Shown: positions 25,652-36,390, counted from the first letter of the stretch. The stretch is 64,000 bases of DNA from an uncultured Muribaculum sp. (GCA_910589555.1 CAJUTE010000006.1:32406-96405); one strand, 5' to 3'. A program made the numbers and translations. The notes: a model not told the origin generated them from the letters alone.

Positions 25652-26572
25652 TTAACGGCGGGGAAGTTCACGAAGTCCATATATCTTCGAGCTCCACGGA
25701 GAATAGCTCTTTCTCACCTTGTTGATGGTGAGGATGGTGCTTTCGAGGTCATGGGCGTTGATGTGCTCGTTGAGAGCCATAACGATTGCCGCGATCTCCT
25801 CACCCGAGTCATGGTCGGGACGCTCTTCCTTAGATACTGTCTTGATGTCCACGCCCTGTGAACGCATCTTGTTGCGGCTGCTGATGCGTGCTCCGATGCG
25901 GTTGATGGCATAGAACGACAGGCTCAGCAACAACAGAGCCGAGAACACGATGCACATAGCCATGATTGTGAGACCGAAACCGTTGGCATCCTCTTCGGCA
26001 AAGCGGTCGACCTTGCGGTTGGTGTCAACAATGCGGTTGGCGCTGCTGGGGGTGATATAGGACTCTTCCGTGCCCTGACGCACTTCCCAGGCATTGTGAC
26101 CTGTGCCTATACCGTCGAGAATACGAGCATAGGTGGTGTTGGGAAGCAGCGACGCCGGCACTGTGATCGAGTCAATAAGAGTGATGCCGTTGGCATCATA
26201 TACTCCGATCCAGTTGTCCTGTCCGGGAGTCAGAGAGAAGCTCAGGTGGAATGTACCTTTGCTCGGCTCGGAGTCAGCCCAGAAAATTATGTGCTGACGC
26301 GGAGGGATCTCGGTATTCACGTCACCAAGCGGCACCGGATACTTTTTAGGCTGGAGGCTGTCGTTGGTGATGAACACGCTTGAAATCTCCATCGGCGCAT
26401 AGGTTGAGTTGAAAAGCTCAATCCATGCTCCGTGTCGACCGTAGTCATCAACGTAGTTGCTGTCGTTCTGCACCATTATCTCATTGATGCGCAGACCGCG
26501 ACGCCCTTGGGCGTTGCTTACCGCACAACAGGCGACAACAGCGACGAGCAATATCAATAATTTCTTTTTCAT
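25652..26572 (-). CDS. Lamin-tail-domain (LTD) protein fused to an OadG-like decarboxylase gamma/delta subunit
   Basis: Signal/anchor MKKKLLILLVAVVACC. LTD-like block LRINEIMVQNDSNYVDDYGRHGAWIELFN. A TM segment, then an OadG-like tail EEIAAIVMALNEH. Start set at the ATG at 26572, which avoids the overlap the ORF-track start (26629) would have with mmdA. Confidence 0.7.
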   Translation of the reverse strand: MKKKLLILLVAVVACCAVSNAQGRRGLRINEIMVQNDSNYVDDYGRHGAWIELFNSTYAPMEISSVFITNDSLQPKKYPVPLGDVNTEIPPRQHIIFWADSEPSKGTFHLSFSLTPGQDNWIGVYDANGITLIDSITVPASLLPNTTYARILDGIGTGHNAWEVRQGTEESYITPSSANRIVDTNRKVDRFAEEDANGFGLTIMAMCIVFSALLLLSLSFYAINRIGARISSRNKMRSQGVDIKTVSKEERPDHDSGEEIAAIVMALNEHINAHDLESTILTINKVRKSYSPWSSKIYGLRELPRR

Positions 26573-26588
26573 TGCTTTCGATGGCTTT

Positions 26589-28142
26589 TTATAGAGGTAT
26601 ATTGCCGTGTTTTTTAGCCGGGTTGACAACCTTCTTGGTAGCCAACTGCTGGAGAGCGCGGATCACGCGGAAACGGGTGTTGCGAGGTTCGATAACATCG
26701 TCGATGTATCCGTAGCGTGCTGCGTTGTAAGGATTGCAGAAGAGCTTGTTGTATTCAGCTTCCTTCTCCTGGAGCACCTTCTTGGGATCCTCGGCTTCCT
26801 TAGCCTCACGTGCATAAAGCACTTCCACAGCTCCGGCACCGCCCATCACAGCGATTTCAGCGGTAGGCCATGCGTAGTTCATGTCGCCACGCAGCTGCTT
26901 ACAGCTCATCACGATGTGGCTACCACCGTAGCTCTTACGCAATGTCACAGTCACCTTGGGCACAGTGGCTTCTCCGTAGGCATAGAGCAACTTGGCTCCG
27001 TGGAGGATCACGCCATTGTATTCCTGACCGGTACCGGGGAGGAAGCCGGGGACGTCGACAAGTGTGACCAAAGGAATGTTGAACGCGTCGCAGAAACGCA
27101 CGAAGCGCGCGCCCTTGCGTGAAGCGTTGCTGTCAAGCACTCCGGCAAGATATTTGGGCTGGTTAGCCACGATACCTACCGACTGACCGTTCATGCGGGC
27201 AAAACCCACGATGATGTTCTTGGCATAGTCACGCTGTATTTCAAGGAACTCGCCGTTGTCGACGATAGCGCCGATCACGCCATACATATCGTAAGGCTTG
27301 TTGGCAGCGTCGGGGATGATTTCGTTGAGCGAGTCCTCCATGCGGTCAACAGGGTCGGTGCATTCCACGAGGGGAGCCTCCTCAAGATTGTTCTGCGGGA
27401 TGAAGCTGAAGAGCTTGCGGATGATGCGGATAGCGTCTTCACCATCTTCAGCGGCGAAGTGAGCCACACCACTCTTGCAAGCGTGAACCTCAGCGCCACC
27501 GAGAGCTTCCTGAGTCACATCTTCACCGGTCACGGTCTTCACCACCTTAGGTCCGGTGAGGAACATATAGGAGATGCCCTTAGCCATGATTGTGAAGTCG
27601 GTGAGAGCGGGAGAATATACCGCACCACCGGCGCAAGGACCGAGGATGGCAGAAATCTGAGGCACTACGCCCGATGCCATGATGTTGCGCTGGAATATTT
27701 CAGCGTATCCGCCAAGGGCGTTGATACCCTCCTGAATACGCGCGCCACCCGAGTCGTTAAGACCGATGACAGGCGCGCCCATCTTCATAGCCATGTCCAT
27801 AATCTTGCAGATCTTCTGCGCCATGGTCTCAGAGAGCGATCCGCCAAACACGGTGAAATCCTGAGCGAATACATATACGAGACGACCGTCGATAGTACCG
27901 TAGCCGGTCACAACGCCATCGCCGAGATAACTTTTCTTTTCTTGTCCGAAGTTAGTGCAACGATGACGCACGAACATATCAAGTTCTTCAAAGCTTCCTT
28001 CGTCGAGAAGCTGCGCAATACGTTCGCGAGCAGTGTATTTGCCTTTGTCATGTTGCTTCTGGATTGCTTTCTCACCGCCGCCGATACGGGCTTGTTCGCG
28101 GAGGGCAATCAGTTCCTGCACTTTTTCAAGTTGGTTGCTCAT
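26589..28142 (-). CDS. mmdA: Methylmalonyl-CoA decarboxylase alpha subunit / acyl-CoA carboxyltransferase
   Basis: 517 aa with strong carboxyltransferase blocks ([43 protein letters not shown]). Confidence 0.9.
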   Translation of the reverse strand: MSNQLEKVQELIALREQARIGGGEKAIQKQHDKGKYTARERIAQLLDEGSFEELDMFVRHRCTNFGQEKKSYLGDGVVTGYGTIDGRLVYVFAQDFTVFGGSLSETMAQKICKIMDMAMKMGAPVIGLNDSGGARIQEGINALGGYAEIFQRNIMASGVVPQISAILGPCAGGAVYSPALTDFTIMAKGISYMFLTGPKVVKTVTGEDVTQEALGGAEVHACKSGVAHFAAEDGEDAIRIIRKLFSFIPQNNLEEAPLVECTDPVDRMEDSLNEIIPDAANKPYDMYGVIGAIVDNGEFLEIQRDYAKNIIVGFARMNGQSVGIVANQPKYLAGVLDSNASRKGARFVRFCDAFNIPLVTLVDVPGFLPGTGQEYNGVILHGAKLLYAYGEATVPKVTVTLRKSYGGSHIVMSCKQLRGDMNYAWPTAEIAVMGGAGAVEVLYAREAKEAEDPKKVLQEKEAEYNKLFCNPYNAARYGYIDDVIEPRNTRFRVIRALQQLATKKVVNPAKKHGNIPL

Positions 28143-28176
28143 TTTGTGGAATATGTTGAACTAAGTGTGGATAATG

Positions 28177-28599
28177 TTATTTTTTAGCAGGGTCTTCGCA
28201 AAGTTCTACCAGAGTTCCGCAAGTGGACTTCGGGTGCAGGAATGCGATGTTAAGACCTTCAGCGCCTTTACGTGGAGCCTTGTCGATGAGACGGCAGCCG
28301 TTAGCCTCAGCCTCAGCGAGAGCGTTTGCCACTCCATCCTCGATAGCGAAAGCTATGTGCTGTATGCCTCCACGGCCGCCATTGTTGGCGATGAATTTAG
28401 AGATAGCGCTGTCTTCGCTTGTACCTTCAAGGAGCTCGATTTTAGTCTGTCCGACCTTGAAGAACGCCGTGCGCACTTTCTGATCGGCCACCTCTTCAAT
28501 GGCAAAGCATTTAAGACCTAAGATTTTTTCGTAGAAAGGAATAGCCTCGTCAAGCGACGTAACGGCGATACCAACATGTTCGATATGGGAAATGTCCAT
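28177..28599 (-). CDS. mce: Methylmalonyl-CoA epimerase (VOC superfamily)
   Basis: IEHVGIAV..IELL..GGIQHIAF..IAFLHPKS..G.LVEL pattern. First gene of the mmd operon. Confidence 0.85.
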   Translation of the reverse strand: MDISHIEHVGIAVTSLDEAIPFYEKILGLKCFAIEEVADQKVRTAFFKVGQTKIELLEGTSEDSAISKFIANNGGRGGIQHIAFAIEDGVANALAEAEANGCRLIDKAPRKGAEGLNIAFLHPKSTCGTLVELCEDPAKK

Positions 28600-28665
28600 A
28601 CTTTAAATTATTAAAATTAAGAATAATGCACTGTTAAGCGTGGCGGCACACCCCGCCACACTCTG

Positions 28666-28673
28666 CAAAATTA
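28666..28673 (-). promoter_or_regulatory. -7 box (TAATTTTG) of a Bacteroidetes-type promoter for mce-mmd
   Basis: On the minus strand, TAATTTTG fits TAnnTTTG about 67 nt upstream of the mce ATG. The hairpin gtggcgg/ccgccac (28641-28660) would then fall in the 5' leader. Confidence 0.4.
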
Positions 28674-28802
28674 ATAATTATTATGGAATAAAACTCATTT
28701 TGGCAGTCACTATTTTATTATAATAATATGTGTGGCGGCGTTCTTCCTGCATATAACGGCAGCCTTTGAAAAGCGGCACCGATTGAAAAGTGCCGGAAAA
28801 AC

Positions 28803-28837
28803 TGACATTTTTTGATGTTTTTAGTGAAAAAATGTCA
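28803..28837. promoter_or_regulatory. 11-bp perfect inverted repeat in the mce/dnaK divergent region
   Basis: tgacatttttt (28803-28813) and aaaaaatgtca (28827-28837) are separated by 13 nt, about 185 nt upstream of dnaK. Confidence 0.4.
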
Positions 28838-29022
28838 CGTGCGTGTCAGTAAGCCGATTAAGTTTAGACAATTGGGAATTAATTATTTAAGCATCAACTC
28901 AACCTTTTTGGCACATGATTTGTTTTTCTTGTGAATGTCGGAGTTCAACGCGATTGATTTCTCCGGTAGATATTGTTATAGTGTAAATAAAATAAATAAC
29001 CAAAATAAAAAGTAAAATCATT

Positions 29023-30930
29023 ATGGGAAAGATTATTGGTATAGACTTAGGAACAACCAATTCCTGTGTTTCTGTCCTTGAAGGTAATGACCCTGTCGTT
29101 ATCCCTAACAGCGAAGGCCGTAACACCACTCCATCTATAGTTGCATTTATCGCCGGCGGCGAACGTAAGGTGGGCGATCCTGCCAAGCGTCAAGCAATCA
29201 CCAACCCTGAAGGCACGATTTATTCAATCAAGCGTTTCATGGGTGAAAATTACAATGAAGTAGCAGAAGAGATCAAGCGTGTGCCTTACGAAGTGGGCAA
29301 ATCAGACAACGGCGGCGTGCGAGTACTCGTGGACGGTCGTGAATACACTCCTCAAGAGATTTCGGCAATGATTCTTCAAAAGATGAAGAAGACCGCCGAG
29401 GATTATCTTGGACAGACTGTAGACGAAGCCGTGATCACCGTTCCGGCATACTTCAACGATTCACAGCGTCAGGCTACTAAGGAAGCAGGCGAAATCGCCG
29501 GTCTTAAGGTGCGTCGTATTGTCAACGAGCCTACCGCAGCAGCGCTTGCTTACGGTCTTGACAAGAGCGATAAGGATCAGAAAATCGCAGTGTTTGACCT
29601 TGGTGGCGGTACATTTGATATCTCCATCCTTGAACTTGGCGACGGCGTGTTTGAGGTGAAGTCAACCAACGGTGACACTCACCTTGGCGGTGATGACTTT
29701 GACCACGTGATCATCGACTGGCTTGCCGATGACTTCCAGCAGGAATACAACGTAGACCTCCGCAAAGATTCAATGGCTCTTCAGCGTCTTAAAGAGGCCG
29801 CAGAAAAGGCTAAGATTGAACTTTCAAGCTCAACCACTACTGAAATCAACCTTCCTTATATAATGCCTGTCGACGGTGTTCCACGCCACTTGGTAAAGAC
29901 TCTTACCCGCGCAAAATTCGAGCAGCTTGCCGACAAGCTTATCCAGGCAACCGTTAAGCCATGTGAACAAGCTCTTAAGGATGCCGGCATGAGCGCATCG
30001 GATATTGATGAAGTCATCCTCGTGGGTGGTTCAACCCGTATCCCGGCAATCCAGGAGATTGTCAAGAAGTTCTTCGGCAAAGCTCCGTCAAAGGGCGTTA
30101 ACCCCGACGAAGTTGTAGCAGTGGGCGCCGCTATCCAAGGCGGTGTGCTTTCAGGCGACGTGAAGGATGTGCTTCTTCTTGATGTTGTGCCTCTGTCAGT
30201 AGGTATCGAAACTCTCGGTGGCGTAATGACCAAGCTTATCGAAGCCAACACCACTATCCCTACCCGCAAGAGCGAGGTATTCTCAACCGCTGTCGACAAT
30301 CAGCCGTCAGTTGAAATCCATGTGCTTCAGGGCGAACGTCCTCTTGCTAAGGATGACAAGACCCTTGGCAAGTTCCACCTTGACGGAATCGCACCCGCAC
30401 CTCGTGGAATTCCGCAGATCGAAGTGACATTTGAAATCGACGCCAACGGTATTCTTAATGTATCGGCAAAGGATAAAGCCACCGGCAAGGAGCAGAGCAT
30501 CCGTATCGAGGCTTCATCAGGCTTGACCGATGCTGAGATCAAGAGAATGAAGGACGAAGCAGCTGCCAACGCTGCAGCCGACGAAGCTGAAAAGCAGCGT
30601 ATCGACAAGCTCAACCACGCTGACGCTGTCATCTTCCAGACCAAGAAGCAGCTCGAAGAACTTGGCGCAGCAATTCCTGCCGACAAGAAAGCTACTATCG
30701 AATCAGCTCTTTCTCGTCTTGAAGAAGCTCACAAGGCTCAGAACATCGAAGGAATCGACTCTGCCATCAGCGAAATCCAGAAGGCATTCGGCGAAGCTCA
30801 GCAAGATATCCTCAACGCCCAACAGCAGGCTCAGGCAGGCGCACAGCAGCAAGGCGGCGCACAGCAGGGTCCCGCTAACAACGGCGGCGATGACCACGTG
30901 ACCGACGTAGACTTCGAGGAAGTGAAGTAA
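29023..30930 (+). CDS. dnaK: Molecular chaperone DnaK (Hsp70)
   Basis: [29 protein letters not shown] and a C-terminal EEVK-type tail. Confidence 0.98.
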   Translation: MGKIIGIDLGTTNSCVSVLEGNDPVVIPNSEGRNTTPSIVAFIAGGERKVGDPAKRQAITNPEGTIYSIKRFMGENYNEVAEEIKRVPYEVGKSDNGGVRVLVDGREYTPQEISAMILQKMKKTAEDYLGQTVDEAVITVPAYFNDSQRQATKEAGEIAGLKVRRIVNEPTAAALAYGLDKSDKDQKIAVFDLGGGTFDISILELGDGVFEVKSTNGDTHLGGDDFDHVIIDWLADDFQQEYNVDLRKDSMALQRLKEAAEKAKIELSSSTTTEINLPYIMPVDGVPRHLVKTLTRAKFEQLADKLIQATVKPCEQALKDAGMSASDIDEVILVGGSTRIPAIQEIVKKFFGKAPSKGVNPDEVVAVGAAIQGGVLSGDVKDVLLLDVVPLSVGIETLGGVMTKLIEANTTIPTRKSEVFSTAVDNQPSVEIHVLQGERPLAKDDKTLGKFHLDGIAPAPRGIPQIEVTFEIDANGILNVSAKDKATGKEQSIRIEASSGLTDAEIKRMKDEAAANAAADEAEKQRIDKLNHADAVIFQTKKQLEELGAAIPADKKATIESALSRLEEAHKAQNIEGIDSAISEIQKAFGEAQQDILNAQQQAQAGAQQQGGAQQGPANNGGDDHVTDVDFEEVK

Positions 30931-30950
30931 ACGATATCATAAAATAAACT

Positions 30951-30995
30951 GATGCGGGATGCAGCCCGACAGGGATGCGTCCCGCATCTTCTTTT
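30951..30995 (+). terminator. Intrinsic terminator after dnaK
   Basis: 9-bp stem gatgcggga/tcccgcatc followed by ttctttt. Confidence 0.75.
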
Positions 30996-31019
30996 AAAAA
31001 CCTTTAATTTTTCTTTTTT

Positions 31020-31262
31020 ATGGAAATCAACGAAATTATCAGCCAGTTGAAGGACAAGTTAGGCGATTCTGTCAATGTAGAGCAGATAACAGAGAAACTG
31101 GGTGGATTTGACCACTCCAATATGTCGTTTACGGAGATTGTAGCGAAACTGAAAGATGGTAACATTCTCGGTGATCTTGATGGAGATGGCAAAGTGGAAT
31201 CCAATATCGATGAAATCAAAGGTAAAGCCTCCCAGATGTTCGGCGGCATCTTTGGCAAATAA
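31020..31262 (+). CDS. Hypothetical 80-aa protein with a DxDxDG calcium-loop-like motif
   Basis: GDLDGDGKVE motif. Lower-GC coding sequence directly after the dnaK terminator. Confidence 0.45.
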   Translation: MEINEIISQLKDKLGDSVNVEQITEKLGGFDHSNMSFTEIVAKLKDGNILGDLDGDGKVESNIDEIKGKASQMFGGIFGK

Positions 31263-31491
31263 CCTTGAAACAAAAAATACGGAATTCCGTAAGAACGATT
31301 ACCCCAATGATTAAAAAGGAGCATAGTCAGCTGATTGTGCTCCTTTATATTGCCGTCAATATTAGTATTCATTTCGCTATATTTAGCTCATATTGAGCTG
31401 GTTATATTTTCGAGAGGCAAAATCAGCATTAGGGTGGCATATAACTTCCTATTTGAGCCAAATATTGTTTTTATATACTCAAAACTTTTGC

Positions 31492-31499
31492 TATATTTG
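31492..31499 (+). promoter_or_regulatory. -7 box TATATTTG upstream of the DUF4143-type ATPase gene
   Basis: Exact TAnnTTTG 16 nt before the ATG at 31515. Supports the internal start over the ORF-track start at 31335. Confidence 0.45.
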
Positions 31500-31514
31500 C
31501 AAAAACTTTTGGAT

Positions 31515-32723
31515 ATGATTAAAACAATAGAAAATATCCCGAGACCAAAATATCTTGATAAGATTTTTAGATATAAGGGTAAAGGCGTGATAAAGGTGCT
31601 GACGGGTCAACGGCGCGTCGGGAAGAGCTGCATATTAAATTCCGTCGAGGAGAAACTCCGCCAGTCATCACCAACCGCTAATTTCATTCGCATCAATCTT
31701 GAGGATTTTGCTTTTTCTCATATCAAAAGTGCGTCAGATTTAAACGAGGAAATTGTCAGGCATCTGTCGGATTCATCCATGAACTACATATTCATTGATG
31801 AAATTCAGGAGATTGAGAATTTTGATAAGGTTATTCGTTCGCTATGTCTCGATGCACGGAACGACATCTATGTCACAGGAAGCAATTCATCAATGTTGTC
31901 TTCCGAAATCGCCTCGCGGCTTGCCGGACGAAGTATAGAGATTAGAGTGCATCCTCTTTGTTATGATGAGTTTCTTCTGTTTCATTCACTTGGAGATTCA
32001 GATGAAAGCTTAGACCTATATTTGAGATTTGGAGGAATGCCATATTTGAGGAATCTTCCCAAACGAGAGACGTGGAATGAATATCTCACAGGAATTACCG
32101 ATGCTTTGGTTTACCGTGACATCGTAAGCCGACATTCCATCCGCAACAATGATTTTTTGCAAAGGTTACTGCTTTTCCTGGCCGATAATACCGGACAGAT
32201 TTTTACGGCAAAACGCATAGCCGACTATCTGAAATCGCAACGTGTAGCCGGAACCGTGAACAGTGTACAAACATACGCCGACTATATTTGCGATGCCTAT
32301 ATCACTAATAAAGTGCGACGATGGGATATAGTGGGAAAGAAATTCTTTGAGATAGGTGAAAAATATTATTTCGAGGATATCGGAATACGCAATTCTATTA
32401 TAGGCTATCGGCCAATGGATATTGGGGCAATCCTCGAAAACGTCATTTACAACAAATTGTCAGGAGATGGTTACGACATAAAGGTCGGTGTGCTTTCAAA
32501 AAACAAAGAAATTGATTTTGTCGCTGAAAAAGATGGGGAGCGAAAATACATTCAAGTTGCGGTAAATGTCTATGACAAAGCCACTGCTGACCGCGAGTTT
32601 GGCAATCTCGAATCGATTGGCGACAATTATGAAAAGTTGGTTGTCACACTACACGATTCGGCACCAAACACTCAAAACGGCATCAAAATGCTTTCTCTCC
32701 GTGACTTCTTGAATATGCCTTAA
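31515..32723 (+). CDS. AAA+ ATPase of the COG1373 / DUF4143 type with a C-terminal nuclease-like module
   Basis: Walker A GQRRVGKS, Walker B IFIDEIQ, and the C-terminal block EIDFVAEKDGERKYIQVA. Confidence 0.75.
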   Translation: MIKTIENIPRPKYLDKIFRYKGKGVIKVLTGQRRVGKSCILNSVEEKLRQSSPTANFIRINLEDFAFSHIKSASDLNEEIVRHLSDSSMNYIFIDEIQEIENFDKVIRSLCLDARNDIYVTGSNSSMLSSEIASRLAGRSIEIRVHPLCYDEFLLFHSLGDSDESLDLYLRFGGMPYLRNLPKRETWNEYLTGITDALVYRDIVSRHSIRNNDFLQRLLLFLADNTGQIFTAKRIADYLKSQRVAGTVNSVQTYADYICDAYITNKVRRWDIVGKKFFEIGEKYYFEDIGIRNSIIGYRPMDIGAILENVIYNKLSGDGYDIKVGVLSKNKEIDFVAEKDGERKYIQVAVNVYDKATADREFGNLESIGDNYEKLVVTLHDSAPNTQNGIKMLSLRDFLNMP

Positions 32724-32941
32724 CCTATGCAGGCAGGTATTATTGATTTATCTTGATAACAATCAATTTTAAAGTTGCCCATATTTGGAACACTTTAACA
32801 TAATGCTCTATTTACCTATGTTTAGCTGAGATAGAAAAAAAAATAAATGGATAATAAACAATAGAAAGGGTTGCAAATATTTGGTTACTGCCCTTTCTGT
32901 TGCAATCTCGTGCTTTTTTTTCGTAACTTTGGCATCGGGTT

Positions 32942-33511
32942 ATGGACGGGAACTTCAATACATATATTGACCATATCGAGCCTGAGTTCTGGCGTGAACT
33001 TTGCGTCAGCCACGGCAAGCTGCGCCATTATAATCGCGGCGAAGAATTTCTACACTTTGGCGAGGTCGGGAAATACATTGGCATGGTCAAAGATGGCACT
33101 CTCAAATATGTGACATATTCAGCCACAGGAACAGAGCACGTGATAGGACTGATCTTCCCCAATGAGTTTGTGGTCGACTGGCCTTTCGTGTTATACGAGC
33201 AGCCGTCGAGAGTTGCCATAATAGCGTCTTCGCAATGTGCGATATATCGCCTTCCGGTTGAAATGGCGCGCCAAAGAATGAAGGAAGAACCCGAGTTTAT
33301 GGAACGTATGATGCACTGCACCGAAGCAGTGTTTTCCACCGTCTATGACAGATACATCGATCTTTATGGCAAGACGCCGCAGCAGCGATATGCCGAACTC
33401 GTTGAAAAGCATCCCGATCTGTTCTCCCTCTTTTCACTTCATGACATCGCGTCATTCCTGAATATCACCCCAACCCATATGAGCCGCCTGCGAAAAAACT
33501 ACGGCAAATAA
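32942..33511 (+). CDS. Crp/Fnr family transcriptional regulator
   Basis: cNMP-binding-like N-terminus and a C-terminal HTH (LHDIASFLNITPTHMSRLRK). Confidence 0.8.
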   Translation: MDGNFNTYIDHIEPEFWRELCVSHGKLRHYNRGEEFLHFGEVGKYIGMVKDGTLKYVTYSATGTEHVIGLIFPNEFVVDWPFVLYEQPSRVAIIASSQCAIYRLPVEMARQRMKEEPEFMERMMHCTEAVFSTVYDRYIDLYGKTPQQRYAELVEKHPDLFSLFSLHDIASFLNITPTHMSRLRKNYGK

Positions 33512-33584
33512 AAACTCTCAACAAATGTTGAGAGTTTTTATTTTTATTGGTGGTAACTTTGCGTCATTACAAAATGAATGGATT

Positions 33585-34307
33585 ATGACAAAGTTCAGCT
33601 TTTTCCTATTAGCGGCAAGCCTGTGCTTGGCATCATGCACGACACACAAACTACCGGCATTCTCCAATCAACAATGGCACGTGGATCCACACAGCGGAAA
33701 TGCAGTCAGCACGGCAGGGACCGAACTGGCATTCGGTTCGGAATGGATGATTACCGACACCACCCTCATGCAGACTGCCGAACAAATAGCCGCCTATCCC
33801 AAATTATCGTCCCATCTCGCGAGCGGCATAGCTCAATTCCCTGAAATCAAAGTAGACTCGGTGCTTTTTTACAATCCTCATCGAGGGCTTCTATTCGTAG
33901 CCTACCATCAGGCAAAGCCTCTGAAGCCCACATCAGAAATTGGTTTATACAATGACTCTGCCGTCGTATACAGCAAGGAGTATGCTCGAATTTTTGGAAA
34001 CATGACTACATATATCGATGACGACGGGTGGGAGATAGGTCCCTCGGAATCGGTTTATTCCAACGTGCGTTACAACCCTAACCACAAGCGGCTCGTACTC
34101 TTGCAGAGGCTACCGCATAGCAATATTGCCGTTTTCGTGATTTGCTACACAAATACCAAAAAAGGAAAATGGTGGGAGAACTATCCTCCTGGCACATTAT
34201 GGAATATTGACCTCGGCGATACCGACAATCTCGAACGAATCTCATCATTTTTGCATTCCTCACGGAATCTTGCAGTTGAAAACTTAAAATTAGCTCTCCC
34301 TGAATAA
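33585..34307 (+). CDS. Hypothetical lipoprotein
   Basis: Lipobox LCLASCTT. Its stop lies 1 nt before the next ATG (34309), suggesting translational coupling. Start moved to the ATG at 33585. Confidence 0.6.
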   Translation: MTKFSFFLLAASLCLASCTTHKLPAFSNQQWHVDPHSGNAVSTAGTELAFGSEWMITDTTLMQTAEQIAAYPKLSSHLASGIAQFPEIKVDSVLFYNPHRGLLFVAYHQAKPLKPTSEIGLYNDSAVVYSKEYARIFGNMTTYIDDDGWEIGPSESVYSNVRYNPNHKRLVLLQRLPHSNIAVFVICYTNTKKGKWWENYPPGTLWNIDLGDTDNLERISSFLHSSRNLAVENLKLALPE

Positions 34308-34308
34308 C

Positions 34309-36390
34309 ATGAAATCAATTTTCATTTCTGTTCCGATAGCTCTGACAGCACTTTCCTCAGCTGCCCAGGAAACGGTAGATACAATCGCAACTCAACAGCT
34401 ACAGGAAATAGTTATCGCGGCTCCTAAAGTTATCCGAAAAGCCGACATGGATGTTTATCACCCGTCGGAAAGCGCAGTGAACAACTCCAAAAACGGAATG
34501 CAACTGCTCAGGAACCTTATGATTCCAACGCTTTCAGTCAACGATGCGCTCGGATCCATAACTTCAGGAGGTCAAAGTGTGCAGGCGCGCATCAATGGCA
34601 GAGAGGCGACAATAGAACAGATACAACAACTATTGCCGGAAACAATAAAACGCGTGGAATGGATCGACAATCCGGGACTTCGCTACAACGGCGCCACCGG
34701 CGTTATAAATTTCATCGTGTCCAATCCGGCAACCGGCGGGTCATTGATGGCATACGCAAATCCGTCACTGAATTCCGCATGGGGCATGTATCGCGCCGCA
34801 GTGAAAATCAATCATGGCAGATCACAGTGGGGAGCATCAGTCAACTATAAACTCGCAAACCACCTGTCGGCATATCGCGAATTCAGCGAATCATTCACGA
34901 TGCCCGACGGTACTAAAATTAATCGCAGCGAAAAGCCTCACGGCGGATATTTAAGCGACTCATTCGGCAGCATTCAATTGGACTACAGTTATATCAAGCC
35001 CGACACAACCGTAATTTGGGTAGCGGTACATGGCTATAAACAGTTGCCCGAGACATCTTTATATCGCAGCTTAATGTCGGAATCATCAGGATTAAGCAAT
35101 GTGCTGATCAGCGACTTTGATTCACAATCAGGATTCACTCCGTCATTTACCGCCTATCTGGAACAGCACCTTCCTCACAAGCAATTGATAGCAGTGGATT
35201 TCAACGGTTCGTTCTACAACGGCAGCACACAGCGCACCTATACTGAAGAGGAGGATGCCGGTCAAGGAACCGCAATCGCTGATGTCAACACCGCAATCAA
35301 GGACCGCAATCAGGCATACGGCATCGAAGCCGATTACATAAAAAATTGGTCACAATCCCGCTTTACAGCCGGGATAAATTACAAGGCAAACCGCAACCGC
35401 TCGACATACGAAAATCTTGGCAATGAAATTTTTCACCAACGTCAGGACCGCCTGTATTTTTTCGGCGAGTATTTCCAACGCATCAACAAAGTGACATTGA
35501 CAGCAGGATTAGGAGCCCAATACACCTCATTTAAATTCAAAGAAACCAACCAAGGCACTGATTCCTGGAATCTGAGACCACAATTCACCTTCACATATCG
35601 CCCCAATCAGATACACCAATTGCGGCTAAATTTCACATCATGGCAAACCGCACCATCGCTTGCCGAAACCAACGTAGTGCCCCAGCAAGTCGACGCATTT
35701 CAATGGTCGCAGGGCAACCCTGATCTGCATACGTCACAATCATATATGCTCACACTGCGTTACAGCTATGACCTAAAACGCATCTCCGGATCATTCGGCA
35801 TCCGGGCTTTCTCAAGTCCCGATGCCATAGCGCCATATACATTTTGGAGCAATGACCGCCTCATCACAAGCCATGAAAACAGCAAAGGACTGCAAAATCT
35901 TTCATTTTGGCTCGCTCCGAGCATCGAAGTGGTTCCCGGATGGATGTGGATTGAAGGCATGGTTCAATATCGTGCCGAACGCATGAAAGGCACCGGCTAT
36001 ACACGTTATAACCATGACTGGAGCGGGCAAGGCGGCGTGATTCTGCAACATTGGGGTTGGCAGTTGGTGATAATGTATCAACGCGCTCAACGCGATTTGT
36101 GGGGACAAAAGCTCTCTTGGGGAGAGGATATATCGCTCATCAATCTCGAATATAACCGGAAGAATTGGCAGTTTGGCGCGTCTCTCATTTGTCCATTCAC
36201 AAAATATGACCAAGGAGCACGCTCCTATGACCCATATCATACCTATGAAAAACACATCAGAATAAACGGCTATCCCATGCCGTGCATCTCCGTGTCATAC
36301 AATCTCCAGTGGGGACGACAACGCCGCGATGCCCGCAAAATCGTGAACGCTGACGGAGAGGTCACAAAATCATCGGCAGCCCGCCGTTAA
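34309..36390 (+). CDS. Outer-membrane beta-barrel family protein (TonB-dependent-receptor-like, OMP_b-brl_3 type)
   Basis: Signal peptide, plug-like N-terminus (..INGREATIEQIQQLLPETIKRVEWIDNP), and a long alternating beta-strand region. Confidence 0.55.
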   Translation: MKSIFISVPIALTALSSAAQETVDTIATQQLQEIVIAAPKVIRKADMDVYHPSESAVNNSKNGMQLLRNLMIPTLSVNDALGSITSGGQSVQARINGREATIEQIQQLLPETIKRVEWIDNPGLRYNGATGVINFIVSNPATGGSLMAYANPSLNSAWGMYRAAVKINHGRSQWGASVNYKLANHLSAYREFSESFTMPDGTKINRSEKPHGGYLSDSFGSIQLDYSYIKPDTTVIWVAVHGYKQLPETSLYRSLMSESSGLSNVLISDFDSQSGFTPSFTAYLEQHLPHKQLIAVDFNGSFYNGSTQRTYTEEEDAGQGTAIADVNTAIKDRNQAYGIEADYIKNWSQSRFTAGINYKANRNRSTYENLGNEIFHQRQDRLYFFGEYFQRINKVTLTAGLGAQYTSFKFKETNQGTDSWNLRPQFTFTYRPNQIHQLRLNFTSWQTAPSLAETNVVPQQVDAFQWSQGNPDLHTSQSYMLTLRYSYDLKRISGSFGIRAFSSPDAIAPYTFWSNDRLITSHENSKGLQNLSFWLAPSIEVVPGWMWIEGMVQYRAERMKGTGYTRYNHDWSGQGGVILQHWGWQLVIMYQRAQRDLWGQKLSWGEDISLINLEYNRKNWQFGASLICPFTKYDQGARSYDPYHTYEKHIRINGYPMPCISVSYNLQWGRQRRDARKIVNADGEVTKSSAARR

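Noticed and set aside
27459-28187. 242-aa plus-strand ORF across mmdA and the intergenic gap before mce
   Set aside because: It is antisense to an unmistakable carboxyltransferase gene and has no motifs.
28899-29186. 95-aa minus-strand ORF overlapping the dnaK start
   Set aside because: It is antisense to dnaK and extends into its AT-rich promoter. It is a hydrophobic, Ile-rich artefact.
32924-32931. TAACTTTG -7 box for the crp-like gene
   Set aside because: The motif matches TAnnTTTG but ends only 10 nt before the ATG and lacks a convincing -33 TTTG. It would imply a nearly leaderless mRNA, which is too uncertain to list as a feature.
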